Below, one piece after another: positions 24,190 through 35,399 of a stretch of DNA of 64,000 nucleotides (the first letter of the stretch is position 1; each line of letters begins with the position of its first letter). Origin of the DNA: Octopus sinensis (Eukaryota); NCBI RefSeq assembly GCF_006345805.1, contig NC_043000.1:81840001-81904000 (forward strand), read 5' to 3'. The position numbers and the translations under genes were made by a program. Under the pieces are notes generated by a model. It was not told the DNA's origin, made no database searches, and saw nothing but the letters and a program-made list of their open reading frames with translations.

Positions 24190-26035
24190 ATCATTATTGT
24201 CATCACTGTCGTCATCATCGTCATCAACATTCTCCCTTTCTCATCATAATCCCCACCAACACCATTACCACCATTACTACCAGCACCACCATTACCGTTG
24301 TCTACTACCAACACCATCTCTATCATCTTCATCAAAACTGTCATTTTGGTCTAATCATCACATCTATCATTATTATCATTATCATCATTATCAGTTTATT
24401 ATCATTCTTATTATTTCTATCTCCACCACCCGTAATGTCCTATCGACTACCGCCCTTGTTGCAAACAGAAAACTACTACTACTACTACTACTACTACTGC
24501 TGCTGCTACTTGTACTGCTACTGCTGCCCTTCTGCTGCTACTACAGCTGTTACTACTACTGCTGCTGCTGTGTTATCACCACCACCACCACCACCACCAC
24601 CACCACTACTACCACCACCACCACTACTACCACCACCACCACCACCACCACCACCACTACTACTACTACTACTATCATAATCATTATTATTATTACCGCT
24701 TCATTATTGAGAAACAACAAATTCACAATTTCATTGAACAACCAGAAAAAGACAATGAAAAAGTAATTAAATAAATCAATCAATTAGACCACAAATAAAG
24801 AAAGAGAAAAAAGAAAAAAGAAATAAAGGAAGAGGGAATGGAAGAAAAAAAGAAATATAACACAAACAAAAAAAAGCAACTTCTTCCCAATAAATACAAA
24901 AATTTGGTGAGGAAGTAGCAGGGCAGTGAGGGAGGTGGTATTGGTGTTGGTGGTGGTGGTGGTGCTGCTGCTGCTGGTAGTAGTCATGGTGGCGGTGGTA
25001 GCGGTATTGGTGGAGGTGTGGTAGTGGTGGTGATGTTACTGTGGCTGCTGTTGATGGTGGTGGTGGTGAAGAAATAACAATCCCGCCAGGGGGGGTAGGG
25101 GGATGGCATCGTTGAAATGCAGAAACTTGGAGGGAGGAGGAATATGAGGATGAAAGGAAGAAATATAAAACAAATAAAAAGGAGGTGAGGGCAGGGGTGG
25201 GTAAAAATAGGTCCACCCATCCACCCACACACTACTTAGAAAAAGAAAGCAACAAATATAAAATTAGCAAGGAAGTGGGGAATAAAAGGGAAGAAGGTTG
25301 ATAAATAGGTCCTTATTCCCCCCCCCCACTGAAAAGCACAAAATAAAATATAAAAATTGGTCAAAAAGGAAATGAGTGGTGTTGGGAAAGAGGCAAAGAA
25401 AAGATGGTTAGGAAATGGACCCCCTAAAAAACCATAAATATAAAACAGTCATCAAGGGAACCTATATGTGGTTACTTGACCTGCTGGAAATAGCAGTTGA
25501 GTGTTCCCTGTAACACATTCTACTGTCTTAAAATAAGGATGGACACAACAGGCCAGTGTAGTTGTAGATATACAGAAAGTTGAGAGGTTCATGGCTGGAA
25601 TGCCTTCGATCATAGGCATGCAACTACAACAACAGCAACAACAATGGCTACTTATATTAGCTTCATCATCATCATGAATGCTAAAGTTATCATCATCATT
25701 CTATCTCACCATCATCACCACCACCACCACCACCACCACCATTACCATCACAATCACATATCGTCATCAACACCATCATCATCATCATCATTGTTATCAT
25801 TGTCATCATCAGTAACATTGCCATCTCTTCTGCTGCTGTTACCACTCCTATTGTCCTTACCATTATCAATCTTATCAGCATCATTGTCATAATTTCACTC
25901 CCCACTACCCCTTAATCCACTATCATCATCATCATCATTATCAATATCAACATCCCGACCATCACCACCACCACCAATATCATCATCACTTCCACCACAA
26001 CCATCATTCTCATCACCATCATTACCAGCATCAGC

Positions 26036-26066
<31 letters not shown>

Positions 26067-26085
26067 CCACCACCACCACCACTGT
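24190..26085. repeat. Trinucleotide-rich low-complexity region ((CAT)n, (TAC)n, (CAC)n, (GGT)n)
   Basis: Direct sequence; this explains the poly-T, poly-P and poly-V ORFs. Confidence 0.85.
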
Positions 26086-26384
26086 CATATTTCCCTTCTG
26101 GTGCAGTTTATAACATCAGTCTTATTATCATGGCATCTGTGAGACCCCAACATCCTGAGGCCAAATTACAACCTACCTACTCCATATGGATCTAGGTCCA
26201 CTATGCATAGGAAAAGAAAGGTGTGGTCACAGTTGGAATATCTTTGTTTATTGGTCTACCAGATCACAACTGAACTTAGGTAGAAGAAGAACAACAATGA
26301 AACCTTTACATGGTTGTTCAGCTTCCTAATATTAGTAGTGAAGTCTCCCTTAAATCATACTGTATTGTCCAAACTTAAATATTG

Positions 26385-26595
26385 GTTTCAAATTTTGGCA
26401 CAAGGCCAGCAATTTCAGAGACTGATTTAGTCGATTACATTGACCCCAGAGCTCAACTGGTACTTATTTTATCGACCCAAATAGGATGGAAGGCAAAGTT
26501 GACCTTGGTAGAATTTGAACTCAGAATGTAAAGACAGACAAAATGCTGCTAAACATTTTGCCCAGCGTGCTAACAATTCTGTCAGCTCACCATCT
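26385..26595 (-). mobile_element. SINE family C (further copies ~28015-28110, ~50460-50570, ~50705-50860, ~63405-63590)
   Basis: Shared GGTACTTATTTTATCGACCC...AAGGCAAAGTTGACC...GAATTTGAACTCAGAA motif; TTTGAACTC is the reverse complement of a B-box-like sequence. Confidence 0.75.
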
Positions 26596-29500
26596 TATGT
26601 CCAAGCCTAAATATAGAAAGGTGGGAGATATATTACAAGTGATAACCCTCACTGGAAGCTGGAATTTAGCAGGAGTCTAAAGAGAGGAGAGAAGCTGGGA
26701 CTAGCCAATGGTGAAAAGGATATGAAATGGAAAGAAAACAAAACACCATTGGTAGCCATACACACAAGCAGAAAGTCCCTTAAAATTTTAGGTAAGTTTT
26801 CAAGTCTTGATTGCCAAATCCAAACAGGTACATCAATAAATCATAAGTCCCTTGAGACTTACACAAAACTTATAGACTTGTAGTTATGTAACTTCTTTTG
26901 TTCATATCATCATTCATACATGCATTTGTTTTGAGAACCATTCTTTTCATATTAACATTGTATGGATGAAGAGTGATTAGAGGCAGGATTTTACAGCTGA
27001 TGCTCTTCCTGTCACCATCCTTCACCTGATTCAGGTAAGAAACTTTTATATTCCACAAGTCTTCAAAAGCACAGAATGACCAGTCATAATGTCAACAAGG
27101 AATGTCAACATTGGCATTGATTCACTCACATGATGACAAGCGAAATATCAACATTTATGCATATTCTTTATTTCACACACATACATACATATACACACAT
27201 TCATGCATATAAACCTGCTTACTGCCAAGGTTACACCATTGACCTTTTTTTACAACTCTCATGCATCTATCACACATCTGTCTACTGTGTGATAGTTATC
27301 CATATCTGTTTCATCTTACTTTTTTTTCACTCCTGCTTCCTTGCTCATCTCTCAGTTGTTCTTTCTTCTTCTCAGTCTCACTGTTTTATGCTCTCAGCAT
27401 GACCAAGGACAGCAGTGGATCTTTTCCAGTCATTGTACATTGGACTTTCTCACCCATACTTTTCTTCCTTGCCTTCTCTTCTCCATACATTACATTCTTT
27501 CATCAATACCTATGGCCTATCTCTAAATCACTCACCTTTCTTCTTACTTCCCACTGTATTATGCTTCTAGTATTGACAGAGGATAGCAGTAGATCTCTTT
27601 TATTTGCCATACATTGCTTCTGGATTAACTAAGGATGCCACTATACCAATTCTAACCCTATCCCTAAAACACCTTTATTCACATGTTCAAGAATCACTAT
27701 TTACAAATACAGATACACCTACTTTCTATTCCCTTTGGCACCACTCTCATTACTCAACCCTCTGTCTCATAGCCTATGTATAAGTGGCATCGTTGGGTCT
27801 CTTGCGTCTGATTCATTTCATCTTTTCTGTTACCTTTTGTACTGTCTATTGTCATCCCCATGTCACTCTGACTAGTGGTAAACACTTGATCCTTCTTATC
27901 CACACATCCTAGGCTTCCATCATTGCCCTATCTTCTGGGTCATGCAAACCTCTGTCATTCCTACCTGCCATCTCAGTCATGTTGGTCACCTTGACTGTGC
28001 TTTTTATCTTTTTGGAGGTCGATAAATTAAGTACCAGTTGCATACTGAGGTCGATCTAATTGACTGGTCCCCTCCCTCAAAATTTTAGACCTTATGCCTA
28101 GAGTAGAAAAGAATATTATACAAGAACTAGTCCTTGTTGCAGTGTGGTGGGTTGAGTTCCACGATGACCTTGAGAGTTATGCCAACTGAGTGCAAGCTCC
28201 TGTGAGGTTTCCCATGCTGGACAAGTCGAAGGCAGTGTACAAACTCCTGGATGTAAAAATGAGTTTGCATAAGGACAACCTCCTCACCTAGAAAAATGCA
28301 AAGTTATAGAAGCACTGATGATTATTCTGAATCAACAAGGTCTGGAAGAGGTCTTGTTGATTTTGTGGTGCAGTAAAATCCGAAAGGAAAGTGCAAGGGA
28401 ACAGGGATCCAGCAAGAGAGGAGAAATAAAGGGAGCCCAGATTGGAGGAAAATAGTGAAAAATTGTTAATGGCCTATTCTTCATAAGGAGTAAAGGGAAT
28501 CACCATTTCAGACTACTCAGTTCTCCAACCATTCCATATTATATATTCCTCTCATCATCATCATTCATGCTTCTCATTCTATAAAGAGATTGGTAAGATA
28601 GGAGAGATGTAAGGTTTTGATATTCTTTACATCATGTTGAGGATATGGTTATTGCTCTAGTGCCAGAACCAGGAAAAATGTACCCAGTATAACTGAACAG
28701 TGTGAGATTATGAGGGTTCTCAAGCCCTGCAGAGAACATGACAATTTTCTCATTCTAGTGGCATAAAAGAAAAGTGCACAGCACATTCTATAAAGTGATT
28801 CGTATTAAGATGAGCATCCAACCATAGAAACCAGGCTAAAAATTGAGAATGTGAGTAAGATTAGGTACTCCATACAACCACATTTAGGTGAGCAGAACCC
28901 TCAAATTCATGCTGACACTGCCTGTGTTGGCCAACCCAATTAATGCCAGCTTGAAGAGTGAGAGTAAAATGATACTTATACATATATATCATCATCATCA
29001 TTGTTTAACGTCAGCTTTCCATGCTGGCATGGGTTGGACGATTTGACTGAGGACTGGTGAACCAGATCACTGCACCAGGCTCCAATCTAATCTGGCAGAG
29101 TTTCTACAGCAGGATGCCCTTCCTAACGCCAACCACTCCGAGAGTATTGTAGGTGCTTTTATGTGCCACCAGCATGAGGGCCAGTCAGGCGGTACAGGCA
29201 ATGGCCATGCTCAAATGGTGTTTCCAATGTGCCACCTGCATGGAAGCCAGTCTAGTGACACTGGCAACGATCTCACTCGAATATTTTTTTACGTGCCACT
29301 GGCACAAGTGCCAGTAAGGCGACACTGGTAACGATCATGCTCGAATGGTGCTTTTTATGTGCTGCCGGCATGGAAGCTAGTCAGCTGCTCTGGCAACAAT
29401 CATGTTCGGATGATGCTCTTAGCGCTCCACTAGCATGGATGCCAGTCACCGAATTTGATTTCGATTTTGATTTCACTTGCCCCAACAGGTCTTCACAAGC

Positions 29501-29988
29501 AGAGTTTAGTGTCCATTGAAGGAAATGCATATATATATATATATATAAAAGGAAGAAAAAATTTAATTTTAAATCTCTGAGCAAGAAGTAAGTAGTAACA
29601 GTACTATAGGGTAAAATCTATTTGCCAACATAAGTTGGTAGTCCTGGTTAGAACGATGTTACTACCTTTTTTAGCCCCAGGTAAACATCTTTTCCAGCTG
29701 GTTTCTGACGCACAACTGCGTCCTTACACCTCGATCAAGGGAGCTAATGTCCCCACACAGCTTTATATGGTACTTGCGGACCATGGTTTCTGAGTTATTT
29801 CTCTTCATCGCCACAGGATAACCATTGGTTCGAGATAGCAGCACTAACTCTTGTTCGTGGTACATACTTTTAAAGTGACACAGAGTAACTGATTTTATGA
29901 AGAGGAAAACATTTAGTTTTAAATCTGTGAAATAAAAAGAAATAGCACTACAGAGTAGTACTGTTATATATATACATGCTACACACAC

Positions 29989-30019
<31 letters not shown>

Positions 30020-30148
30020 TATATATATATGTGTGTGTGTGTGTGTATATATATATATGTATATACATTTATATATATATATGTACATGTGTATATTCGA
30101 TTTGATTCGTTTGGTTTGGTTTGGTTCTTCTTCTTCTCTAAGCTGGTT

Positions 30149-30180
<32 letters not shown>

Positions 30181-30231
30181 ATAATATATATATATATCTA
30201 TACAATAATATGTTACATTACTCGATAGTCA

Positions 30232-30294
30232 AGATAAAACTCTGAGTTTCAGATGCCGAAGTGGAAATCCACAACACCATCTCTTCAGTTATCT
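30232..30294 (-). ncRNA. Type I hammerhead motif in the PLE 3' region
   Basis: Minus strand AGATAA-CTGAAGA-GATG...CATC-T-GAAA-CTC-A-GAG-T-T-TTATCT. Helix I is 6 bp; helix II is extended; helix III is near-palindromic; there is one register anomaly (an extra U, or a missing A, at the helix II base). Confidence 0.65.
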
Positions 30295-30476
30295 GGCTAT
30301 TTGAAAACGCTATGAAAAAATACCGTTATATAAAGGGAAATTACTGTGTTATAACTCTGCTTGCCCGCGTACTTATACATCGCTTGCATTTTTCGTCATA
30401 AAAATTATATAAAAATACATAAAAAATATATAAAAATATATAAAATCTTCTTGGGACATAACATAGAAAGCATGTT

Positions 30477-31112
30477 CTATCTGTTTTCTTTAGGGGACCA
30501 AAAACGTAACAGAAATTTAGTCACATATGGGCATGATCTGAAAAGTTCTGTCCTTGTCTTTAGACATGTAGTAGGGTCTAAGCTGCTTTTCCAGATAAGC
30601 CATCTCTCCATGTCGCATAGACCGCACCTTCCGCTGCCGTTGGTATAGGGCTTACATCTGGCCAAAATCTTCCATTGTATGTTATAATCGACACCTTTAT
30701 CTCTTAAAGACCAAATATGATTAGATAATTGTGTCGCTTTTCTTTTGTTCCAGTGCCTAAAGCTCAAAGTGTGGTTATTGAAAGTGTGGTTATTGAAATT
30801 ACCCTCTGTAAGGCCCACGTATTTCTTCATCGAAACGGTGTCTTTAGTGGTTATAGAGTTTACGGTAGCTTCATATATGATGGTCTTGGACATGCAAGCT
30901 CCATTTAGCAGGCACAATTCTTTATTCCTGCATGAACAGCTGTTTTCTTGTTGTGTTTTTTGTATGTTATGTTTGATTATGTTTTTAAAATTGGTAGTTG
31001 AACTAAAACTAATTTTTAAATTGTGTCTATTGAAGAGTTTCCTATAAGTATGGCTAACTGGAAAATGTCTATCTATTAGTGCTAGGAAATATTTACCTAT
31101 ATTGAAGGCCAC
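30477..31112 (-). pseudogene. PLE GIY-YIG endonuclease domain with Cys-rich linker (frameshifted from RT)
   Basis: CSCRNKELCLLNGAC linker, IIY...YVGLTE GIY-YIG variant, LSNHIWSLRD...IQWKIL...CGLCDMERWLI C-terminus. Confidence 0.85.
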
Positions 31113-31650
31113 CTCGGGTGACCTTCCTATTTCTATTATTCCTTTTCCTTACTGTTGGGCTAGTGATGGGTGTATATTTTATTTTTTCGCTAAAACCACT
31201 ATCTTTTAAAGCCTTATTATAAACTGGGGCAACGCTATTGAAGATGTCCTTATCAGAGGAGAGGCTAGAAATCCTCTTACTAATATTTTTAACTAAATTT
31301 TTGAATACTATAGGGGGATGGCATGAACCTACATTAATATAACTTAGTCTATCATTGGGCTTCCTATAAGGCTTATAAATATTCTTATTAAGATCTAAGG
31401 AAACGTCTAAGAAATTGACAACCGTCAGGTTAGTATCTATAGTTATACTAAGTCTGAAGTATTTCATTAACTGGATAATATCCTTCCTAAAACGATCTTG
31501 CGCTGGTCCATTTGTATTAGCTGTTAAGGTGAGGGCATCATCATTGTAGATGGCGAAATGTATGTTAGGGAATGTCTTACCTAAGGTATCTAGGAGAAAA
31601 AGTCCAATTAGATCACAGATGCCTGCCCCATCATATGAACCCATGCTCAC
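31093..31650 (-). pseudogene. PLE reverse transcriptase, C-terminal half
   Basis: MGSYDGAGICDL, IYNDD (YxDD), VNFLDV, YKPYRKP, SCHP: the motif order typical of PLE RTs. Confidence 0.9.
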
Positions 31651-31708
31651 ATCCTCTATTTACATAATATTGAGGTCTCTTTCTTTCTTTTGTTATCTTA
31701 CCGTTTTA

Positions 31709-31771
<63 letters not shown>

Positions 31772-31861
31772 TAGTTCAAATTTACAGAAAACAGAAGACA
31801 AAGACAGATGAAAGAACAACAAGCAGGTGTATTACTTTAACACTCGATGTATATATATGTA

Positions 31862-32435
31862 TATATCATTCGAAGTTTCAGGTATGGAAACAAGGTCTAG
31901 AATCAAAGAGCCTTAGAGTTAACCCAGCAAAAGTCTTAGTAAGTAGGAAGGCAGACAAATCACAAATCCCTTCAGGTAGGTATTCCTGCTCTATCTGTAG
32001 AAAAGGCTTAGGTAGAAACTCTGCAAGATGTACTTGGTGTAAGCTATGGACTCATAAGAGGTGCAGCAATATCAGAAGTTTAACAAGGAAAATAGCTTTT
32101 GTGTGTGGAAGATGCACAGGTACAATAGACACCAAAAATGTACAGAAAGTAGATTCCATCAACTACCAGTGGGGTAAGCTAGAGGTAGTAGACAGCAAGT
32201 TAGTAGCAGAGGTGGATGCTCCACGAGCATAGCTGTGAGAATAAGAATAGTCGTGTCAGATACTGATGTCATGCAAATGGCACATAAAAGTACCCATTAC
32301 ACCCTTGTAGCAGTTGGTGTTAAGAAGGGCATCCAGCCATAGAAACCTTGTCAAATCAGACTGGAGACTGATGCAACCTTCCAGCTGATGCAACTGATGC
32401 AACCTTCCCTGGTCAAACCATCCAACCCATGCCAG
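31862..32435 (+). mobile_element. RTE fragment with PHD-like finger; its 3' tail is split by the LTR element and resumes at 35321-35365
   Basis: KFQVWKQGLESKSLRVN...CSICRKGLGRNSARCTWCKLWTHKRCS...CGRC; then the GAAGGGCATCCAGC box and CCAACCCATGCCAG, continuing as CCAGTATGGATAACAGACGTT...GATGAT after 35320. Confidence 0.85.
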
Positions 32436-32550
32436 TGTAGCAATATCGTCTCTCATTATCTTTCACTGTTTGAGAAGAGTATTAAGAATGACCTCGGTCG
32501 AGATTACAAACAGCTTTGGCTAGTTTAACATTGTTGTAAACACTAATTCG

Positions 32551-32700
32551 ATTGGCTGACACGTTGGTCTCTACTACGCTCGCACCGCTGGTTATAACTT
32601 GGCGCAAAATGTCTCGACTTATTTTCGCGCCATAGTCCAAGCAGCCAATCACAGCTTTCCATTTCTGAAGTTCACTGGGAGCCTGGTGAAGCTTATAAAA
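32551..32700 (+). promoter_or_regulatory. Candidate LTR Pol II promoter: reverse CCAAT, paired E2F-like sites, CCAAT, TATA
   Basis: ATTGG at 32551, GGCGCAAAAT at 32601 with ATTTTCGCGCC at 32621, GCCAATCA with CCAAT at 32645, TATAAAA at 32694; duplicated in the 3' LTR. Confidence 0.55.
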
Positions 32701-32722
32701 CAAGGTTTCTCAGAAAAAATAT

Positions 32723-32885
32723 TCGTCTTAGGTTTCCAGTCCTTCTCAGGGCGAACCTCTGACCACACAGAGCTCGTCTTAGGTTTCCAGTCCTTCTCAG
32801 GGCGAACCTCTGACCACACAGAGCTCGTCTTAGGTTTCCAGTCCTTCTCAGGGCGAACCTCTGACCACACAGAGCTCGTCGTAGG
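32723..32885. repeat. 51-bp tandem array inside the LTR (3 units here, 4 units at ~34341-34555)
   Basis: Unit CTCGTCTTAGGTTTCCAGTCCTTCTCAGGGCGAACCTCTGACCACACAGAG (17-codon periodicity in the ORF track). Confidence 0.95.
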
Positions 32886-33665
32886 CTTTTAGTTCTTTTA
32901 AGAACTAAGTCTCTGACCACACAGAGAATACTCGACCAGTTCCAGTTTCGAGGCAAGCGACCACCATTAATACAAGATGTTACAGATACCTCTCATACTG
33001 TTAGGTGAAAAAATCACCATGAAGAAAACGGTTACAAGATATCTATAACTAGAGAAACATAACCAAGCAGAACATATAATGAAGAAGCAGCAAGAACCAA
33101 TCGACAAACATCGAAGATTTAAATTGTACACGAGACAACTACAGATTCAACTATAGCGGTTAGGTGAAATTCTCACCACGAAGAAAACGGCTACAGAAAC
33201 ATGTCTGGAAGTATATTCAGATCAAGAGAAAGATAAACACAACGAGTGGTTCAATTAGTCTCAACTGCGACACGCAATATCTTGATATGGAAGTCTGACG
33301 CTGTACCTCATAAACGGTAAATCAATTCACTGTTCTTGGGTTCTAGTTTCTTCTAAGAACTACCTTAAGCCATCTGTTATTACCTGTTGCCAAGCCGATA
33401 CCAACAACATTAACTGTGAATCAAATCCCAACGTCATTTCACTGGTCAGTACCTTTTTACGCCTAACGAACACACAGACACAAAAACATGCGAACACTTA
33501 CAAACTTCCAACATCAAACATGATTGTAAAATATGTAAAATAAATAATGTATATATCTTAAAAAGAAATCTTGTTGTCATTCCAAACTTATGTGTATTGC
33601 CGCTGCATGTAAAATATAGTCAGTAAAATATATTAATAAGAATAGGATCATTACTATTTTTATAC

Positions 33666-33675
33666 TGGTGACCCC
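33666..33675 (+). other. Primer-binding-site-like motif complementary to the tRNA-Trp 3' end (second copy 33867-33876)
   Basis: TGGTGACCCC is the complement of ...GGGGUCACCA. It lies 15 nt downstream of the 5' LTR, and the match stops after 10 nt. Confidence 0.55.
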
Positions 33676-34051
33676 TTTAATACGCAGGACTTCTGATATA
33701 CTGCGCGGCCAACGGTAGACATAAGTTACGGAATTGACACAAGAGAACGCTGAAAGATGAACTTTTTAAGAAAAACAAAAAAAATAGATATATATAATAA
33801 TGTCAATTTTATCGCCGTTTTGTCGTAGACAAATTATAAGAATCGGGTCAGTACCTATTTTTATACTGGTGACCCCTTTAATACGCAGGACTTCTGATAT
33901 ACTGCGCGGCCAACGGTAGACATAAGTTACGGAATTGACACAAGAGAACGCTGAAAGGTGAACTTTTTAAGAAAAAAAAAAAATAGATATATATAATAAT
34001 GTCAATTTTATCGCCGTTTTGTCGTAGACAAACGTCTGGCAAGAGGCTATA

Positions 34052-35320
34052 TGTAGCAATATCGTCTCTCATTGCTATCTTCACTGTTTGAGAAGAGTAT
34101 TAAGAATGACCTCGGTCGAGATTACAAACAGCTTTGGCTAGTTTAACATTGTTGTAAACACTAATTCGATTGGCTGACACGTTGGTCTCTACTACGCTCG
34201 CACCGCTGGTTATAACTTGGCGCAAAATGTCTCGACTTATTTTCGCGCCATAGTCCAAGCAGCCAATCACAGCTTTCCATTTCTGAAGTTCACTGGGAGC
34301 CTGGTGAAGCTTATAAAACAAGGTTTCTCAGAAAAAATATTCGTCTTAGGTTTCCAGTCCTTCTCAGGGCGAACCTCTGACCACACAGAGCTCGTCTTAG
34401 GTTTCCAGTCCTTCTCAGGGCGAACCTCTGACCACACAGAGCTCGTCTTAGGTTTCCAGTCCTTCTCAGGGCGAACCTCTGACCACACAGAGCTCGTCTT
34501 AGGTTTCCAGTCCTTCTCAGGGCGAACCTCTGACCACACAGAGCTCGTCGTAGGCTTTTAGTTCTTTTAAGAACTAAGTCTCTGACCACACAGAGAATAC
34601 TCGACCAAGTTCCAGTTTCGAGGCAAGCGACCACCATTAATACAAGATGTTACAGATACCTCTCATACTGTTAGTGTGAAAAATCACCATGAAGAAAACG
34701 GTTACAAGATATCTATAACTAGAGAAACATAACCAAGCAGAACATATAATGAAGAAGCAGCAAGAACCAATCGACAAACATCGAAGATTTAAATTGTACA
34801 CGAGACAACTACAGATTCAACTATAGCGGTTAGGTGAAATTCTCACCACGAAGAAAACGGCTACAGAAACATGTCTGGAAGTATATTCAGATCAAGAGAA
34901 AGATAAACACAACGAGTGGTTCAATTAGTCTCAACTGCGACACGCAATATCTTGATATGGAAGTCTGACGCTGTACCTCATAAACGGTAAATCAATTCAC
35001 TGTTCTTGGGTTCTAGTTTCTTCTAAGAACTACCTTAAGCCATCTGTTATTACCTGTTGCCAAGCCGATACCAACAACATTAACTGTGAATCAAATCCCA
35101 ACGTCATTTCACTGGTCAGTACCTTTTTACGCCTAACGAACACACAGACACAAAAACATGCGAACACTTACAAACTTCCAACATCAAACATGATTGTAAA
35201 ATATGTAAAATAAATAATGTATATATATTAAAAAGAAATCTTGTTGTCATTCCAAACTTATGTGTATTGCCGCTGCATGTAAAATATAGTCAGTAAAACA
35301 TATTAATAAGAATAGGATCA
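34052..35320 (+). repeat. 3' LTR (1269 bp)
   Basis: Same sequence as 32436-33650 plus one extra 51-bp unit, a few small indels and a few substitutions. Confidence 0.8.
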
Positions 35321-35399
35321 CCAGTATGGATAACAGACGTTAAGTGGTAATGATGATGATGATGAGAGTTAGTATATATTTATTTTATTTTTAGTTAGG

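Larger units (their letters stand above)
30199..31712 (-). mobile_element. Penelope-like retroelement (5'-truncated RT, C-terminal GIY-YIG EN, 3' pseudo-LTR region with hammerhead)
   Basis: PLE RT and EN ORFs on the minus strand, a downstream hammerhead motif, and (TA)n at both ends. Confidence 0.9.
32436..33650 (+). repeat. 5' LTR (1215 bp)
   Basis: TGTAGCAATATC...AATAGGATCA; contains 3 full 51-bp units; AATAAA at ~33539. Confidence 0.8.
32436..35320 (+). mobile_element. Non-autonomous LTR retroelement (LTR - 401-bp internal region - LTR), TG...CA ends, 4-bp TSD CCAG
   Basis: Near-identical direct repeats 32436-33650 and 34052-35320; CCAG at 32432-32435 and 35321-35324; PBS-like TGGTGACCCC at 33666; no protein-coding capacity. 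Confidence 0.8.

Noticed and set aside
30477-31650. Selenocysteine-recoded PLE (as known for some Naiad elements)
   Set aside because: The domain order is RT then EN, the ORF break is a frameshift rather than an in-frame TGA, and no SECIS was recognised.
32482-32956. ORFs within the LTR (73-114 aa, both strands) as real proteins
   Set aside because: They stay open mainly because the 51-bp unit lacks stops in several frames; no gag, pol or env motif.
32436-35320. Simple tandem segmental duplication or Helitron-type tandem array
   Set aside because: TG...CA termini, a 4-bp TSD that restores the interrupted host repeat and a PBS-like motif fit an LTR element better. An assembly artefact is not fully excluded without reads.
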